Positions 37,406 to 51,030 of a stretch of DNA of 64,000 bases are shown here, one piece after another. The stretch is from Octopus vulgaris. Taxonomy: Eukaryota. The position numbers were made by a program, and so were the translations under genes. Location: assembly GCA_951406725.2 (NCBI GenBank), contig OX597829.1:51832001-51896000 (forward strand), written 5' to 3'. How positions within the stretch are numbered: the stretch's first letter is position 1; every line of letters starts with the position of its first letter. Below the pieces are notes generated by a model. That model did not search any database. It saw only the letters and a list, made by a program, of their open reading frames with translations, and was not told the DNA's origin.

Positions 37406-37703
37406 TATATATATATATAGCTAGGTAGTATAAATTTACAATTTTACTTTGTTCCAGCATGTCTAAAGCAGAGTTTGTTTGAAAAAAATAGCACTGGAAT
37501 CCAATGATAGCTTAAGAGTTACACACAGGAACTTCAAGAATCACATGTGACTTGTATTCCACAGCTGGCCACTGTCTGCCATGAAGCTAGATGTGAATGG
37601 AACTATAATGAAAGATTAAGAAGAATCAGATATACTCTGGGGCTAAACACAGCTACCACCAACAACAAGAACATCAAATAGATTCTAACTTCTTCTGAAT
37701 ATA

Positions 37704-37851
37704 CTGTATTTTAACATGTATAAGGAACCCTTTTTTGTAGTATTATAGTATTACAGTCCCTTAAAAATACCTCTTTTCCAAATTTTAAGCCCCCAAAATG
37801 AGGCGGGAGTTTCCTTATGCACAAGGGTTCCCTACACACGTTAAAATATGG
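37704..37851. mobile_element. Tc1/mariner-type MITE
   Basis: TA|CTGTATTTTAACATGTATAAGGAACCCT ... AGGGTTCCCTACACACGTTAAAATATGG|TA. Confidence 0.7.
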
Positions 37852-38369
37852 TAAAGATAATTAAATATGATTACAAAATGTATATTTTATGAAGTCATTT
37901 TCAATATTTAGCAAAGACCTTTTGACTCTAAGGTTCTGAGTTCCATTGCCACAAAGTTAAGCATTGCCTTTCATTACTCCAGGCTTGAGAAGAATATAAA
38001 GTACCAGTTGAGTACTAAGAGTCAAGCTAGTTCTAGATATGATTGGAATTTTAATGGAGGGTATTTAATTTGAAGTGTCAGACAGCTTGGGAGCTAATTC
38101 CCTGTAGTCTGTAAACACTCATAGATGTAGTAATCAAGAATATCATTAATTAATTTAGCAGGTTTGTGTAAGTGTGTGTTTGAATGTGTGTACACATGTA
38201 TATGTGTGTACATTTGGGACGGGAGTGCCTATACTTTAAAATTTGTTTCAGCAATCATACCTAAAGTCAAACGGATGTTGTGAGTGAGTGCCTGTGTATG
38301 TGTGTGTATGTGTATGTATGTGTCTCTGTGTGTGTGTGTGTGTGTGTGTATGCATGTGTGTATTTGACT

Positions 38370-38710
38370 ATTCTTTTACTTGTTTCAGTCATTTGACCGC
38401 AGCCATGCTGGAGCACTGCTTTTAGTTGAACAAATTGACCCCAGAACTTATTCTTTGTAAGCCTAGTACTTATTCTATCACTCTCTTTTGCCAAACCGCT
38501 ATGTTACGGGGGACATAAACACACCAACATCAATTGTCAAGCGATGGTGGTGGGGACAAACACAGACATTTTCTGTCTACCAAATCCATACACAAGTCTT
38601 TGGTTGGCCCGAGGCTATAGTAGAAGGACACTTGCTCAAGGTGACATGCAGTGGACCCAGAACAATGTGGTTGGGAAGCCAGGTACTTACCACACAGCCA
38701 CATCTGCGCC
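38370..38710 (-). mobile_element. SINE family A with internal deletion
   Basis: Reverse-complement tail and head are both present. Confidence 0.82.
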
Positions 38711-38946
38711 TCTACACACCCACACCTGCACAAACTTTTTATTTATATTCTAATACTGATTCGTTATTGGTTAGGCACAAAGATCCTTTATTTGATAAAA
38801 GGGTTTACACTAGAATAGAACACGAAGTCATGATGTTCACATTTCCCCAAGAAGCATTAACAAATGTGTCTGTGAAGTGAAGCTTCCAATGGAACAGTTA
38901 AACAAGACATTCATCTAAACCATCTTCTGCCTGTCTTACTCTGTAT

Positions 38947-39246
38947 CAGTGATTCCAAAAATTCTTCAGGCTGCCATTCCCTTGGCATGCAGGCCATATT
39001 CCTGACCCCCCCCCCACACACACACACACTCACCACCACTGAAAATTCAAAACAACTGTATTTCACAAATAAAACTTAACCTAACTAGCCCATTATTTTC
39101 GGGGGTTTTTTTTTCCATCTTTAACCCCCTTTTGGTCACCTCATTATTGCCCCACTTTTCTTCAATGTTTCCCTGGATTTTTCCACCGCACCCTCAAGTG
39201 GGGTGGGGTCGGGTCGGAGTAGTACTACCCATTTGGGGAACTACTA
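38947..39246. mobile_element. hAT-like MITE
   Basis: CAGTGATTCC...GGAACTACTA termini; 8-bp flanks CTCTGTAT and CTCTATAT (7/8 match). Confidence 0.55.
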
Positions 39247-39620
39247 CTCTATATATTTGTTTGACATGCCAAAAATAACAACCAAATCTCCTTCAAACCA
39301 CATTTTACTATCTTAAAAGAAAGGGATACATTCAGTATTGTAGCCTGATGTACAATTCATTTGGTCATTTAATGTCTGTCTCTTTATGCTGGTTTGGGTA
39401 GGTTGAGGATTTATCTAAGGTAGTGTTCTATGGTTGGGTGCCCTTCCTGTCACCAACCCTTACCTGTTTTCTAAGTAAGTGATATTTTATTCTTGCCCTT
39501 TGAAAGTAGAAAAGTTTCATTGATGCCACACATCCTAGTGGTCTATGAAGAACACTCTTACACCTTCCTTTTTAGAAGAATGGTCATTCAACCTTGTTAG
39601 AATTTCTAATAAATAACACA

Positions 39621-40297
39621 TAGGTATCTTGGTGGATTCCTCCTTTTTGCCTTCGGCCCAGTGCGTCCATGCTGCCAACAAAGCACGCGGAATTCTGTTC
39701 TTGATTCGACGGTCATTCGGAATGCTCACAGCAGCCATATTCCTACCACTCTATGTCACGCTGGTGAGACCCATATTGGAGTATGGGATTCAAGCCTCTT
39801 CTCCTTATCTCCTCAAAGACATACAGCATCTCGAAAGAGTCCAGAAGCTAGCTACCCGCATGGTTCATGGTCTCAAAATTTGTCCTACGAAGAAAGGCTG
39901 AGGACGCTCGACCTTTATTCTCTTGAAAAACGCCGCCGCCGTGGTGATCTCACTGTCGCCCACAACATCATAAGCGGAAAGTGTAACCTCTCGAAAGAGC
40001 TGTTCTTCACTCCTGCTCCAGAGCGTCGGCTGCGGGGTCATTCCGAAAAGCTCTACCTGCGACGATTTCATCTCAATCGAAGGAGAGGAGCTTTCTCCGT
40101 CCGGGTTGCGGATCCGTGGAACAAGCTACCAGACGAGATGGTGAAGATGCCGACGACCGCTTTGTTCAAAGACTCCCTGGACCTCAAGTGGCCTGAACTC
40201 TTTACATGAACACCACCCTGTACTTAACTCCATGTCCCCCTACATGGCTTTGCTATTTGCTTTTGAGCCAAATTAACTAACTAACTAACTAACTAAC
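39621..40297 (+). mobile_element. 5'-truncated CR1-clade LINE (ORF2 C-terminus and 3' UTR)
   Basis: YLGILVD...LYVTLVRPILEY...LERVQKLATRMV, then SYEERLRTLDLYSLEKRRRRGDL after one frameshift. (CTAA)n tail; possible TSD ATAACACA. Confidence 0.92.
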
Positions 40298-42300
40298 ATA
40301 ACACAACAGATTCTTCATCCATATTGTTTTCAGAATCATCAGCCAAACACAAGCTCTGGATTTCAAAATGCACTCCCCACGTTAATAGTATCCAGCACAT
40401 TTCCAACAAATCAACTTAAACTTTGATAAATCAGAGTGGTAGCTTCCTTTCATATCAAAGACAACCACAACTTCACAAACCAATTCACTGAAGAATTACA
40501 GACCAAAGGTTTTCCATTCCTTTTTTAAATTAAAAATATTTCAACAGTTATTCTGTTCACAATTGTTCTACCTTCAAACAGCTGTTTGTCTCTAGTTTTG
40601 CTGTTGATTTCTGTTAAGCCATCTTAACAACAGATTTATGTTGTCTAATGTTCTGTGTCAACTGTTGTATTATGTCAAAATATAAACAAATTTTTGATGA
40701 ATAATATTAATGACTATTTCATTAAAGTTACGTTCACACATACATGTTATTATTCTGCAGACCACATGCTTGCATTCTAGACTGTGTTTGCCAAACTAAG
40801 ACTTTCATTTTGAGTTTAATTTGTCCTAAATTTTTTAACCGTGTTTTAAGAAGTTTGCTTCTCAACCACACAGTTCTGAGTTCAATCTAAATGCATGGCA
40901 CTTTGGGGAAGGGTTTTGTACAATAGCCCCAGGCTAACTGAAACCTTGTGAGTGGATTTGGTAGATGGAAACTGAAAGAAGCCTATTGTGTATGTATGTG
41001 CGTGTGTGTTTATGTGTGTGTGTGTGTACGTGTGTGTTTATGTGTGTGTGTGTGTGCATGTGTGTGCGTGTGTGCATGTGTGTGTGCATGTGTGTGTGTG
41101 TGCGTATGTGTGTGTGTGTATGTGTGTGTGTGTATGTGTGTTTGTTTTAATGTCTCTTTGCCTTGCTATCATGTCATAGTTGTAAACTGATATCACAAAA
41201 ATGTCCTTTGTTCTCAATCTTTGGTGAAAAAATGTATAGTTATAGGGAAATATCAGCTTGCTTGGAAACAGGTTGGGGTTGGTGGCAGGAAGAGCATTCA
41301 ACCATGGAAAGTCTGCCTTGACAAAATTCCACCTGATCCATGCAAGCATAGAAAAATGATGATGTTGGCAGTAGTGATAATGACAACAGTGGTAGTGGTG
41401 GTGGTGGTGGTGGCGGTGGCGATGAAATTCCTTGATTCTTGTCTCATGCATTATTCATTCGGAAACCTTTTGTACTAAATAGTTTGCCTGAGATTTAAAC
41501 AACTTTCTCATAGAATATTCTGTTCATTTACATGTAATTATTACAAAAAAATAAAAGATGTATTTCAACTATAGTTATGCTTATTGAATCAGTATTTGCT
41601 TTTCTAGAATGGAATTGGTAACAGTGGAGTCAGACCTCACTAAGGAACTACCATTGCAACCACCAAACATTAGTATATCTACATATTTGTTGTCTGTGCT
41701 GGTATCATGTAAAAAGCACCCAGTACACTCTATAAGGTGGTTGGCATTAGGAAGACCAGCCAGTTGTAGAAACCATACCAAAACAGACAATTGGAACTAG
41801 GTGCAGCTCTCTGAACTGCCAGCTCCTATCAAACCATCAAACCCATGCCAGAGTAGAAAATGGATGTTAAATGATGGTGGTGGTGGTGGTGGTGAGGAGG
41901 AGGATAACAATGGCAATGATTTGTTACAAACTATTATATTGCTATTATTGTTCCTTGTAATGTTGTCTTTCAAGTAACCTGATCCCCAGGGCATCCAACT
42001 TCAGTAACAACTTAGGAGCCAAAACATGCAAAGGTGCTCAAAACAGAAACCCTTGGTTGTCCGTTTGTATGGTGGTAAAGAAATCCAGTTGGTGTCCCTT
42101 TATCTAGACCACAGGACAAATGCCACAGAACAATCAGTGATTCACTGCCTGAAGACAAGGCTGAAAACAGCAAAAATGTTTCAATATTTTTCCATAGTTA
42201 CTGATTTCAATTTATCTGATTTGGACAGACATCCACCACAACAAAACCTGAAGCCTATTTCCTCTGTGATGCTTCTTATGATATTAGTTGGGTCTGGATA

Positions 42301-42510
42301 GATCTTCCAGGGATCATACAGGTTTGAGCATGTTAGATTGTATTAAGAGCACAAACTGAATCTTGGACATATTCAGTAGGGCCTAAACTCATTTCCTATC
42401 TTACTGATCTTCCAGGGATCATACAGGTTTGAGCATGTTAGATTATATTAAGAGCACAAACTGAATCTTGGACATATTCAGTAGGGCCTAAACTCATTTC
42501 CTATCTTACT
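42301..42510. repeat. Tandem duplication, 105 bp x2
   Basis: Units start at 42301 and 42406, with one mismatch seen. Confidence 0.92.
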
Positions 42511-42874
42511 GTTTTTCATACCATTTCTAACAGTGCTACTCTTCCCTAACTCACACAACTGGGAACCTTTTTAGCCAGCCCTTCCACTGCCAGTTGCAGT
42601 ATACATTAACTGCAGTAAACAAGTTTGACATGATCAAAGAAAGTTTGATCACAGCTGCCCATATTTCAAAGGCTGTTATCAGCCATTTACACTTATTTCC
42701 CTCTTCTACTAATAGTTGTGATGGGTTGGTGCAGGGATGGGGCAGATGCTAATGTCTACCATCTCCAGTTCACAAATCACGTAAGGATATGCTGCTGAAA
42801 ATCACTTGGAATCAAATAGTGCATGTCCTTTGAAGTCTAGCTTTGTACTTATATTGTACTGTTGAGAAAGCAAG

Positions 42875-43180
42875 TGGCTTAGGGGTTAAGGTATTCTGCT
42901 CATGATCATAATGTCATGAGTTCAATATATGGTGGCATATCGTGTCCTTAAGCAAGACTCTTTATTTATGTTGCTCCAGTCTACTCAGCTGGCAAAATTG
43001 AGTTGTTCCTGTAATTCAAAGGGCCTTTTCACATTCTGTGTCCAGCTGAATCTCCCTGAGAACTACGTTAAGGCTACACGTGTCTGTGGAATACTCAGCC
43101 ACTTGCATGTTAATTTCACAAGCAGCTTGTTCCATTGATCAGCTCAACTGGAACCCTTGTTATAACTGACAGAGCACCAG
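42875..43180 (+). mobile_element. Further tRNA-derived SINE family
   Basis: GTGGCTTAGGGG A-box-like and GAGTTCAAT B-box-like motifs, then GTGTCCTTAAGCAAGAC...ACTCAGCTG central domain. Confidence 0.6.
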
Positions 43181-44743
43181 CTTGTCACCAAGGCCTGCCG
43201 GTAAATTTTTGTGCCATTATGTAATTAACCTTTGAAACATAATTCTATTTACTGAACAAAATATAAGCAATTAACTGTTATACAAATAGAATCATTAATT
43301 AGCTGTACACATCCAACTCACATGTGCAAATGTAGAAAGAAAAGCGAAACTTCAGACCTTGTGTCTATAGTAGAAAGGATTATAACGTCCATGGACATTT
43401 TCCAAAAACAAACATGCAAAATGAAGGAAAAAAGACAAAATGGTATTTTAATTGAGAAGATGATCAAAATATGAAACTCAAATTATTATTGCTTCCATTG
43501 ATGGCAAACTGGCAGAATTGTTACTACACTGAACAAAATGTTTGGCAGCATGTCTTCCAGCTTTATGTCCTGAGTTCAAATTCCATTGAGAACAACTTTG
43601 CCTTTCATCCTTTCGGAGTCGATAAAATAAATGTCTGGTGTTGGTATAATTAAAGAGCTTCCTCCTGCAAAACTTCAGACCTTGTGTCTATACTTCCATG
43701 GACATTTTCCAAAAACCAAGCCAAGCATAAATAAATCAGTTTATTTCTGACTCCAAAGTTAACATGCAAAACAAAAAAACAAAAAACAAAAAAAAAAGAC
43801 AGGTTTAATGTTTAATAATTGAAGATTAAGACCAGTTTCTGCCAACTTGATAATTTCCTGTTGATTTCTTGTATTTTCTTATTATTTTGTTGATTTTCTC
43901 ATATGAAATGATTATGTCTTTTTATTTGTGTTTAATGTATTTCAAATTACTGAAACATCACCAATGCATATCAAATTAAGCAGAGGTATTGTGTAATCCC
44001 TCTCACTTGTTTCAGCCATTGGACTGTGGCCATGCTGGGGCACCTCCTTCGAGGGTTTTAGTTGAACAAACTGACCCCAATACTTATTTTAAGACAGATA
44101 CTTATTATGTTGGTTTTTTGCTGAACCACTAAGTTATAGGGACAAAAACAAAAATTTTGTCTTAATACCTCAGTTTATTTTTGGTGAAGGCTCAGTTGTA
44201 TGGTAAGACATTTTTTGTCCCATTCACATGAGTCCAGGTTCAGTTCCACTGTGTGACACCTTGGGAAAGTGTCTTCAACTATAGCCCCAGGCCAGGCAAA
44301 GCCTTGTGAGTAGTCAGAAACTGAAAGAAGGTCATACACGTATTCATAGAAATATTTGTACATACATCCATATGTGTGTGTGTGTGTGCATGTGTGTATG
44401 TGTGTGCATGTGTGTGCCATCATCATCATCTCCATAAATCAACATCGATTTTCCATGCTAGCATGACTTGGATGGTTTGACAGGAGTTAGCAAGCCAGAA
44501 GGCTGAACCAGGCTCCAGGTGACTGTTTTGGCATGGTTTTCTATAGCTGGATGCCCTTCCTAATGCCAATCACTACAGAGTGTACTGGGTGCTTTTAATA
44601 TGGTGCTGGCACCTGTTTGTGACTTTCTGTTTGTGCTCCACACCACCACTTGACAACTGGTGTTAGTTTGTTTATATCCCTGTAATTTGGCAGTTTAGCA
44701 AAAAGAGAACAATGGAACATGTACCAGGCTCCAAAAAACAAAA

Positions 44744-45184
44744 AAAAGATAAAAGATATACTGGGATTGATTTGTTCAACTAAAACCCTTCAAGGTGGTG
44801 CCCCAGCATGGCCACAGTCCAATGACTGAAACAAGTAAAAGATAAAAGATATACTGGGATTGATTTGTTCAACTAAAACCCTTCAAGGTGGTGCCCCAGC
44901 ATGGCCACAGTCCAATGACTGAAACAAGTAAAAGATAAAAGATATACTGGGATTGATTTGTTCAACTAAAACCCTTCAAGGTGGTGCCCCAGCATGGCCA
45001 CAGTCCAATGACTGAAACAAGTAAAAGATAAAAGATATACTGGGATTGATTTGTTCAACTAAAACCCTTCAAGGAGGTGCCCAGCATGGCCACAGTGCAA
45101 TGACTGAAACAAGTAAAAGATAAAAGATATACTGGGATTGATTTGTTCAACTAAAACCCTTCAAAGTGGTGCCCAGCAAGGCCA
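44744..45184 (+). repeat. 93-bp minisatellite (~4.7 copies) derived from the SINE family A tail
   Basis: CTGGGATTGA recurs at 44761, 44854, 44947, 45040 and 45132. Confidence 0.95.
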
Positions 45185-48100
45185 TGACTTTGCCTTTCAC
45201 CCTTTCGGGGTCGATTAAATAAGTACCAGTTACGCACTGGGGTCGATTTAATCAACTTAATCCCTTTGTCTGTTCTTACTTGTTCCCTCTATGTTTATTC
45301 CCCCCCATGAGCAATAAAGAAATAAATATCTTCAGTTATAAACAAGCATCTACTAAAATATTATTCCTGTGTTTTTCTCAGTCACAACATATGAGTGAGA
45401 AAGGAAGCGATGATAGATGAAGAAGGAAGAGAGGGGTGATGGCAAACTTGGTAGTGAGATGATGGAAATTCTATGGTGAAAAGGCAAAAAAATCAAACAG
45501 CATTTCAACTCTGTGTGAGTATGTAAAGGAGAGGTTTGTGAATGTTTGTGTGTGTGTGTATATGTGTGCATGTGTGCAATGGAAGTGGGATGGTGAACAT
45601 TCAATGCCAAAAAGAAAAATCAAACTGCATTTCAACTCTGTGTGAGTATATGTGTGTGTGTGTGTACAAGGTAAGTTTGTGAATGTATGTGTGAACCAGC
45701 ATTCTTTCAGTAACAAATGATGATCAATGTCAAATATCAAAATACAACCACGAGATAGCTTTGACAAGTGTATCAGTTTGAATTACTATCCATATTCTAT
45801 CTTTTGTCCTATTAATATATAAAATATTACAATTAGCCGTCATTTTTAATGGTGCAGGGCCAGCTAGTGATATATATTGAGCCAACAAGATAGCGTCTGT
45901 GTAGTCACTTGGCCAGCTAGAAATAGTAGCTAAATTTCATTCAAAGAATGTAAAGAATGACAGGACACATTGCATAATGTGGTCAAGGATGATCACATTA
46001 TGAATTAAACTAAATGAGAGATTCCCTGATTAAAAAGAGGATAGTTCCAAATTACCACTAATGGTTGAAGTACCAGTCTTAATTTACATATATTGGTATC
46101 AAGCCTCCAAATGTAAGTTCATTCTGGTTCATTACAGTTATTATATCATTTCCTTTAGCAGACATATCCGATAACGAATCAAGGACAAACAGGCTGCAGA
46201 AATAGTCCGTTATATCAAGTACCAACATATACCTCTGTTGCGTCTTTTGTAAAACACTCTTATGTTTCCAAATTTTTCTACCTCTATTTATCAAGTCACT
46301 AAGTTTAATCTTTCTGTGTAAAGGGGTGCAACTCAAAACGAACATGGACATAGGCCTCCTCCTCTTCCCCCACACTATCCCCATCCCCATCATTTCTCCT
46401 CCTCCATTTCCACGTTCAAGTGTTAAATGTGATTGTATGCACATAAGTATGTTTGCGTGTATGCGTGCGTGCATGCACGTGTATGTGTGTGTGTGTGTGT
46501 GATCTTCATATCAAGTGATAGATGTAAATGAGTGACACTCTAAAAACAAGCAGTGTCATTAATTTCCAGTCTTTGGTAAAAACATGTCTGATTATGTGGA
46601 AATATTTAATTGTTTGGAAATAAGTGAGGATTAGTAATAGGAAGGTCGGTCATTTGGCCATAGAAAATCTGCCTTTACAAGTTCCATCCGATCCATGCAA
46701 ACGTGGAAAAATGGACATAAAAATAACAGCAACATTGCTGTCATCACCAATAAAGAGGTTTGGGAAGGGCAATTCAGGTTCTTCAAGGAAAGAGAAAGGG
46801 TTTCCATCTTTTGGTTTAAAATTTCAAATCATTAAAACTTAGATATTTTCTACAATCAAAAAAAGTAAAGTTGAAATGCAAGAAAAAAGATATTTGAATT
46901 TTTAAAATTTCAAAAAAAATGAAATCGAAATTTTATTAAAACTAGAATTAAAAAGAAAAAAACTATATTTACTTTGAATCAGTAAAAAAAAAAAAAAAAA
47001 CAACATTATATTTAATTTGAATCAGAGCTAAAAATAGGCATATTTTTTTTTTATTTAAAAAGTTAAATTACCATTTTAGAGAGACCTGCAATTATAATTT
47101 ATTGAAACAGAGATGACTATTACCTAATTCTACGAAATCAAAATAAAGATAAAAAAAAAAGAAAAAGGAACAAATATACGAAGCAAATAATTATTGATCA
47201 AAAATTTTGTTCTTGGTTTTGAGACGTATTTATTGTGGAAGAATATGCATCTGTTGTTGTTGTTGTTGTTGTTGCTTAGATCCAGATCTAAAAGATCTGT
47301 AATCAAGAAGCACCCCAGTTGTAACCGATCAAGTTGTTTAAGGATAAGGGATATTTAGGCTGAAGTCACCTAATCTGTTTACTGTTTATTTAAAATGGTA
47401 AGGAATTATTTTAAGATCTGGCTGCTATGTCTAGCAAGTTGGGCAACCACTTAGAGGCTCTGGCATTGGCTTGTAACAGAATATGTTGCTGTTATTTAAC
47501 CCCAGGCCAACCCTGACTGAGCAGTTCCCATGATCATCCAGTCTGTTTAAACGTTATGTCATTTCCTAATGTAAAGAATTTATCCGAAGAAGATCAGGCT
47601 TCTATTTTTAGCGGGTCGAGTATGCATGCAGAGTCTCATTTGTTGGCATTGGTGTTCATTGAAATACCTTGTAGCAAACAGATGCAACGTTGTCTGCAGT
47701 TGCTGCATCCAAGTGCTGCAGTGACTTGGGTTTGGATGAAAAGAGGAAGAAAAGAGAACATAAGGTAATCAATATGAGAAATCGGTGAAGAAACACACAC
47801 ATACACACACACACAAGTACTCAGTTATGCACATGCAGCCACACACACATACACATACAGCCACATGCAGATGCACACACACATATAAGTAAACATGCAC
47901 ACAATCACACTTTTACATTTATACATGCACACAGAAATAAAAATAATATATATATATAAATTATGTAAAAATTTTTATTTTCCAGAAAGAGGAAATTAGA
48001 TAGAAAAACGGTTCAAATTATTTATATTAGACTGTTTGCTATGAAAATTTTGATTATGAAAATCAATACATCGAAATATGCTTTTTTTATCTTTGACTTC

Positions 48101-48817
48101 TTTTTCTTTTTTCTTTTTTCTTATCCCCCTTTTTTTTTTATTGGGAATGAGAGTACATAAAGAACATTATGTTTTTGTGAGCAAAATTTAAGCAGAAACA
48201 GTAAACAGCATGAGTAAAATAAAGCCTTTTTGGTTTACTATTATAATTCAATTTAAGGTTGTGAGCCAGCAGAATCATTAGAGCATTGGACAAAATGCTT
48301 TGTGGTAATGTTTTCAGTTCTTTAGCTCCTGAGTTCAAATCCTCCCAAGGTCAGCGTTGTCTTTCGTCTTCTCAGGGTGGATAAAAAAAAAGTACCAGTC
48401 CAGTACTGGGGTCAGTGGTAATCACTTATCCACCCATACCAACCTTAAAACTACCATTCTCATGCCTAAATAAGAATCCATTATAAGTCCATACATATTT
48501 TGTATGCTGTGTAAGAATATTAAATTAACTCTGGTTCTTGACCGATCAAACCCAGTGGAATGGAAGCAAAGTTAACCTTGGTAGGTTTCATTAAGAATAT
48601 AATGGGCATTGTCTCAAAAATGTTGGTAATTAGGATGATGCTCTCACAGGTCAGATGTCAATCTAATCACCAAATCTTCTCTCCTCAAAATTTGTGGTCT
48701 TATGTTGTGCATCTAACAATATCTAAAACAGCATTTCTCAACAGTGACTCTCAGGGCCGCATGTGGCCCTCAAACATCCTTCTAGTAGCCCATGACAGTC
48801 TTCCCTCTGTAAATATA

Positions 48818-49048
48818 TATTTCTTTACTACCCACAAGGGGCTAAACACAGAGGGGACAAACAAGGACAGACAAAGGGATTAAATCGATTCCATCGACCC
48901 CAGTGCGTAACTGGTACTTAATTTATCGACCCCGAAAGGATGAAAGGCAAAGTCGACCATGGCGGAATTTGAACTCAGAACGTAACGGCAGACGAAATAC
49001 GGCTTCGCATTTCGCCCGGTGTGCTACCGTTTCTGCCAACTCGCCGCC
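48818..49048 (-). mobile_element. SINE family B with TSD
   Basis: 17-bp TSD TTCCCTCTGTAAATATA (48801-48817 and 49049-49065). Confidence 0.93.
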
Positions 49049-49979
49049 TTCCCTCTGTAAATATAAATTCTTCTTTGATTGACTTGTATTTTACATTTTT
49101 TTCGTGCTGCTCCCTTAAAAAATATTGGTTTTGGATCTGGTCTGGAGAACAGAGTCAAATGCTTTCCTATGATCAAGCCTTGTTGCTACAAGGTTTTACA
49201 GTAATTTCTTACTTCAGGCAACATAACTTTGTTTACTCAAAAATTGCTTGGAATATCCCCAGACTTCCTTCTTTCCATCTGTCTGCTTACCAGTCACTGT
49301 GTTGTTGAACTCACTATGATTCTAGAGAAATTGGTTGAGACAGATTGTGCACAGCTTGTACATAATGTTTAGGGAAGCATTGGGTTCATAGTTTCCTGCT
49401 AGCTCAGTGATTTTATTTTTGGCTGCAAGATTCATCTGTGCTATACGAATGTCAGTCTGGCTTTCCATAGCCTTTTGAGTATACATACTGGCTTCAGATC
49501 TTAGCATAAGTTCAGGTGAAGGGGTACATTGATTATATCAATGCCAGTGCATGATTGGTACATATTTTATTGACCCTGAATGAATGAGGGGCAAATTCAA
49601 TTTCAGTGGAATTTGAACTCAGAATGTAGAGACAGATGAAATGCCACAAAGCATCTTGCCAGGCATGCAAGCAATTCTGTCTTCTTTTGAATATGCATAG
49701 GCATTCTGTAGGTTTTATACCAGTACCCAACTGTTAGTCTCTTCCTGTTGCCTTTCCATTAAGTATCTTGCCTTCAGCTATGGTGAAAGTTTCAGAGCCA
49801 AATGTGTATGTTTTCTGTCTGGTTGATGTTAAAATTATGCATTCTGGCTGAGATATCTCTGCTTGTTTCATTCCAGATCTTAGACCAGAATGATCCAAGA
49901 TCATTAGAAGGGGCTGTCTTAATGATAGTATATTTCTTAATGGTTATAAGCATTTAAATATATATGTATGTATGTATGT

Positions 49980-50481
49980 ATGGTTGGGTCGTCGGCAACT
50001 AAACTGGCAACCCTACCAAGCTTGTTTGGTGAGGAGGGTGTTTATTGGACACCCTGCGGGATGAAAAACAAAACCCGTCAAAGGGTGGAGGAACTCTTGA
50101 GAGTCAACGACCATCCAATAAATGCCTTAAGGCTGTATCATGCGCGGGGACATAGAAATAATCAGACTGAATACCTGATTGCGCGGTTAAACCATTGGGA
50201 GTGAAGGACTCCTAGCCTTTGTTAGGGCATCCTTCTAGGAGAAGGTAACTCAGGTAACTGGGATAACTCCGACATAAAACCTGCGGCTCAGTGGTTACCA
50301 ATGATGTTGACTTGTTCTTCTTTTCGGATTATGACTGCTGTTGCTTAGTGAATGGGATTTACTCAGTGCACAGCCTTTTCTCACTTAAAAAAAACTCTTC
50401 TTGCACAGGCATTGCACGATAACAACATTGATTAAGCTTCGTGCAATAGCCATACTCGATAACGAGGGGGCAGCCACCATG
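49980..50481 (+). mobile_element. Short non-coding retroelement, family E, copy 1
   Basis: Highly similar to the reverse complement of 53349-53850. Ends GCCACCATG(TATG)n. Confidence 0.85.
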
Positions 50482-50731
50482 TATGTATGTATATGTAATT
50501 ATTCAGTTTTATTTCAAGCTATCTTGCCAATAGAGCAAGAGCCATTTTCTAACCTTGATCCAAAGCTCTAACATTGGAATTTCGACAACATCAACAATGT
50601 ATTTTTTATGTATGTGTGTATATATGTAAATGTGCAGTATTTGGAGTCAGTGCATGTGCAGATGTGTATGTTTCGTTTTATGTATGTATAATCATGCATA
50701 TAGTTGCATATCTAGACATACACATATATAC

Positions 50732-51030
50732 TTAAATGATAAACCTCTGGAAAGTTTCGCAGATTTTTACAGTTCCAGTGATGGCTTGGATCTGTAGTCT
50801 TCCAATTAGCTTTCTCCTTTCTGGTTTGGAGAAGCCTAATTTCTCAAGATTGGTACTTAGACACTGTGCCCCAATAGTTACAGGTATAAATCTGAACTTG
50901 TGATCTGGGTAGAGTAACTGTAGATTTCTCAATAGTTCAGTGTAGGTATTTTCTATTTCGTTGGTCTTTAGCTTTATATTAACATCTGCTGAACAGCTGG
51001 TATCTCTTTCCCAAATCACTATGTCAGCCT
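50732..51030 (-). mobile_element. 3' fragment of the same R4/Dong LINE family as 26545-28061
   Basis: IWER...DVNIKLK..ENTY.ELLRNLQL.Y.D.KFRFI matches the 27503 ORF. Confidence 0.85.

Noticed and set aside
44744-45184. CRISPR-like regular array
   Set aside because: The units are contiguous near-identical repeats without unique spacers, derive from a SINE tail, and have no cas genes nearby; the context is eukaryotic.
46079-46474. 131-aa minus-strand ORF as a possible host exon
   Set aside because: No recognisable homology and no convincing pair of splice sites.
49150-49920. Minus-strand ORF pieces (FWSKIW motif) as a host gene
   Set aside because: Stops and a SINE insertion interrupt it. It is more likely an old R4-type LINE fragment, too weak to annotate.
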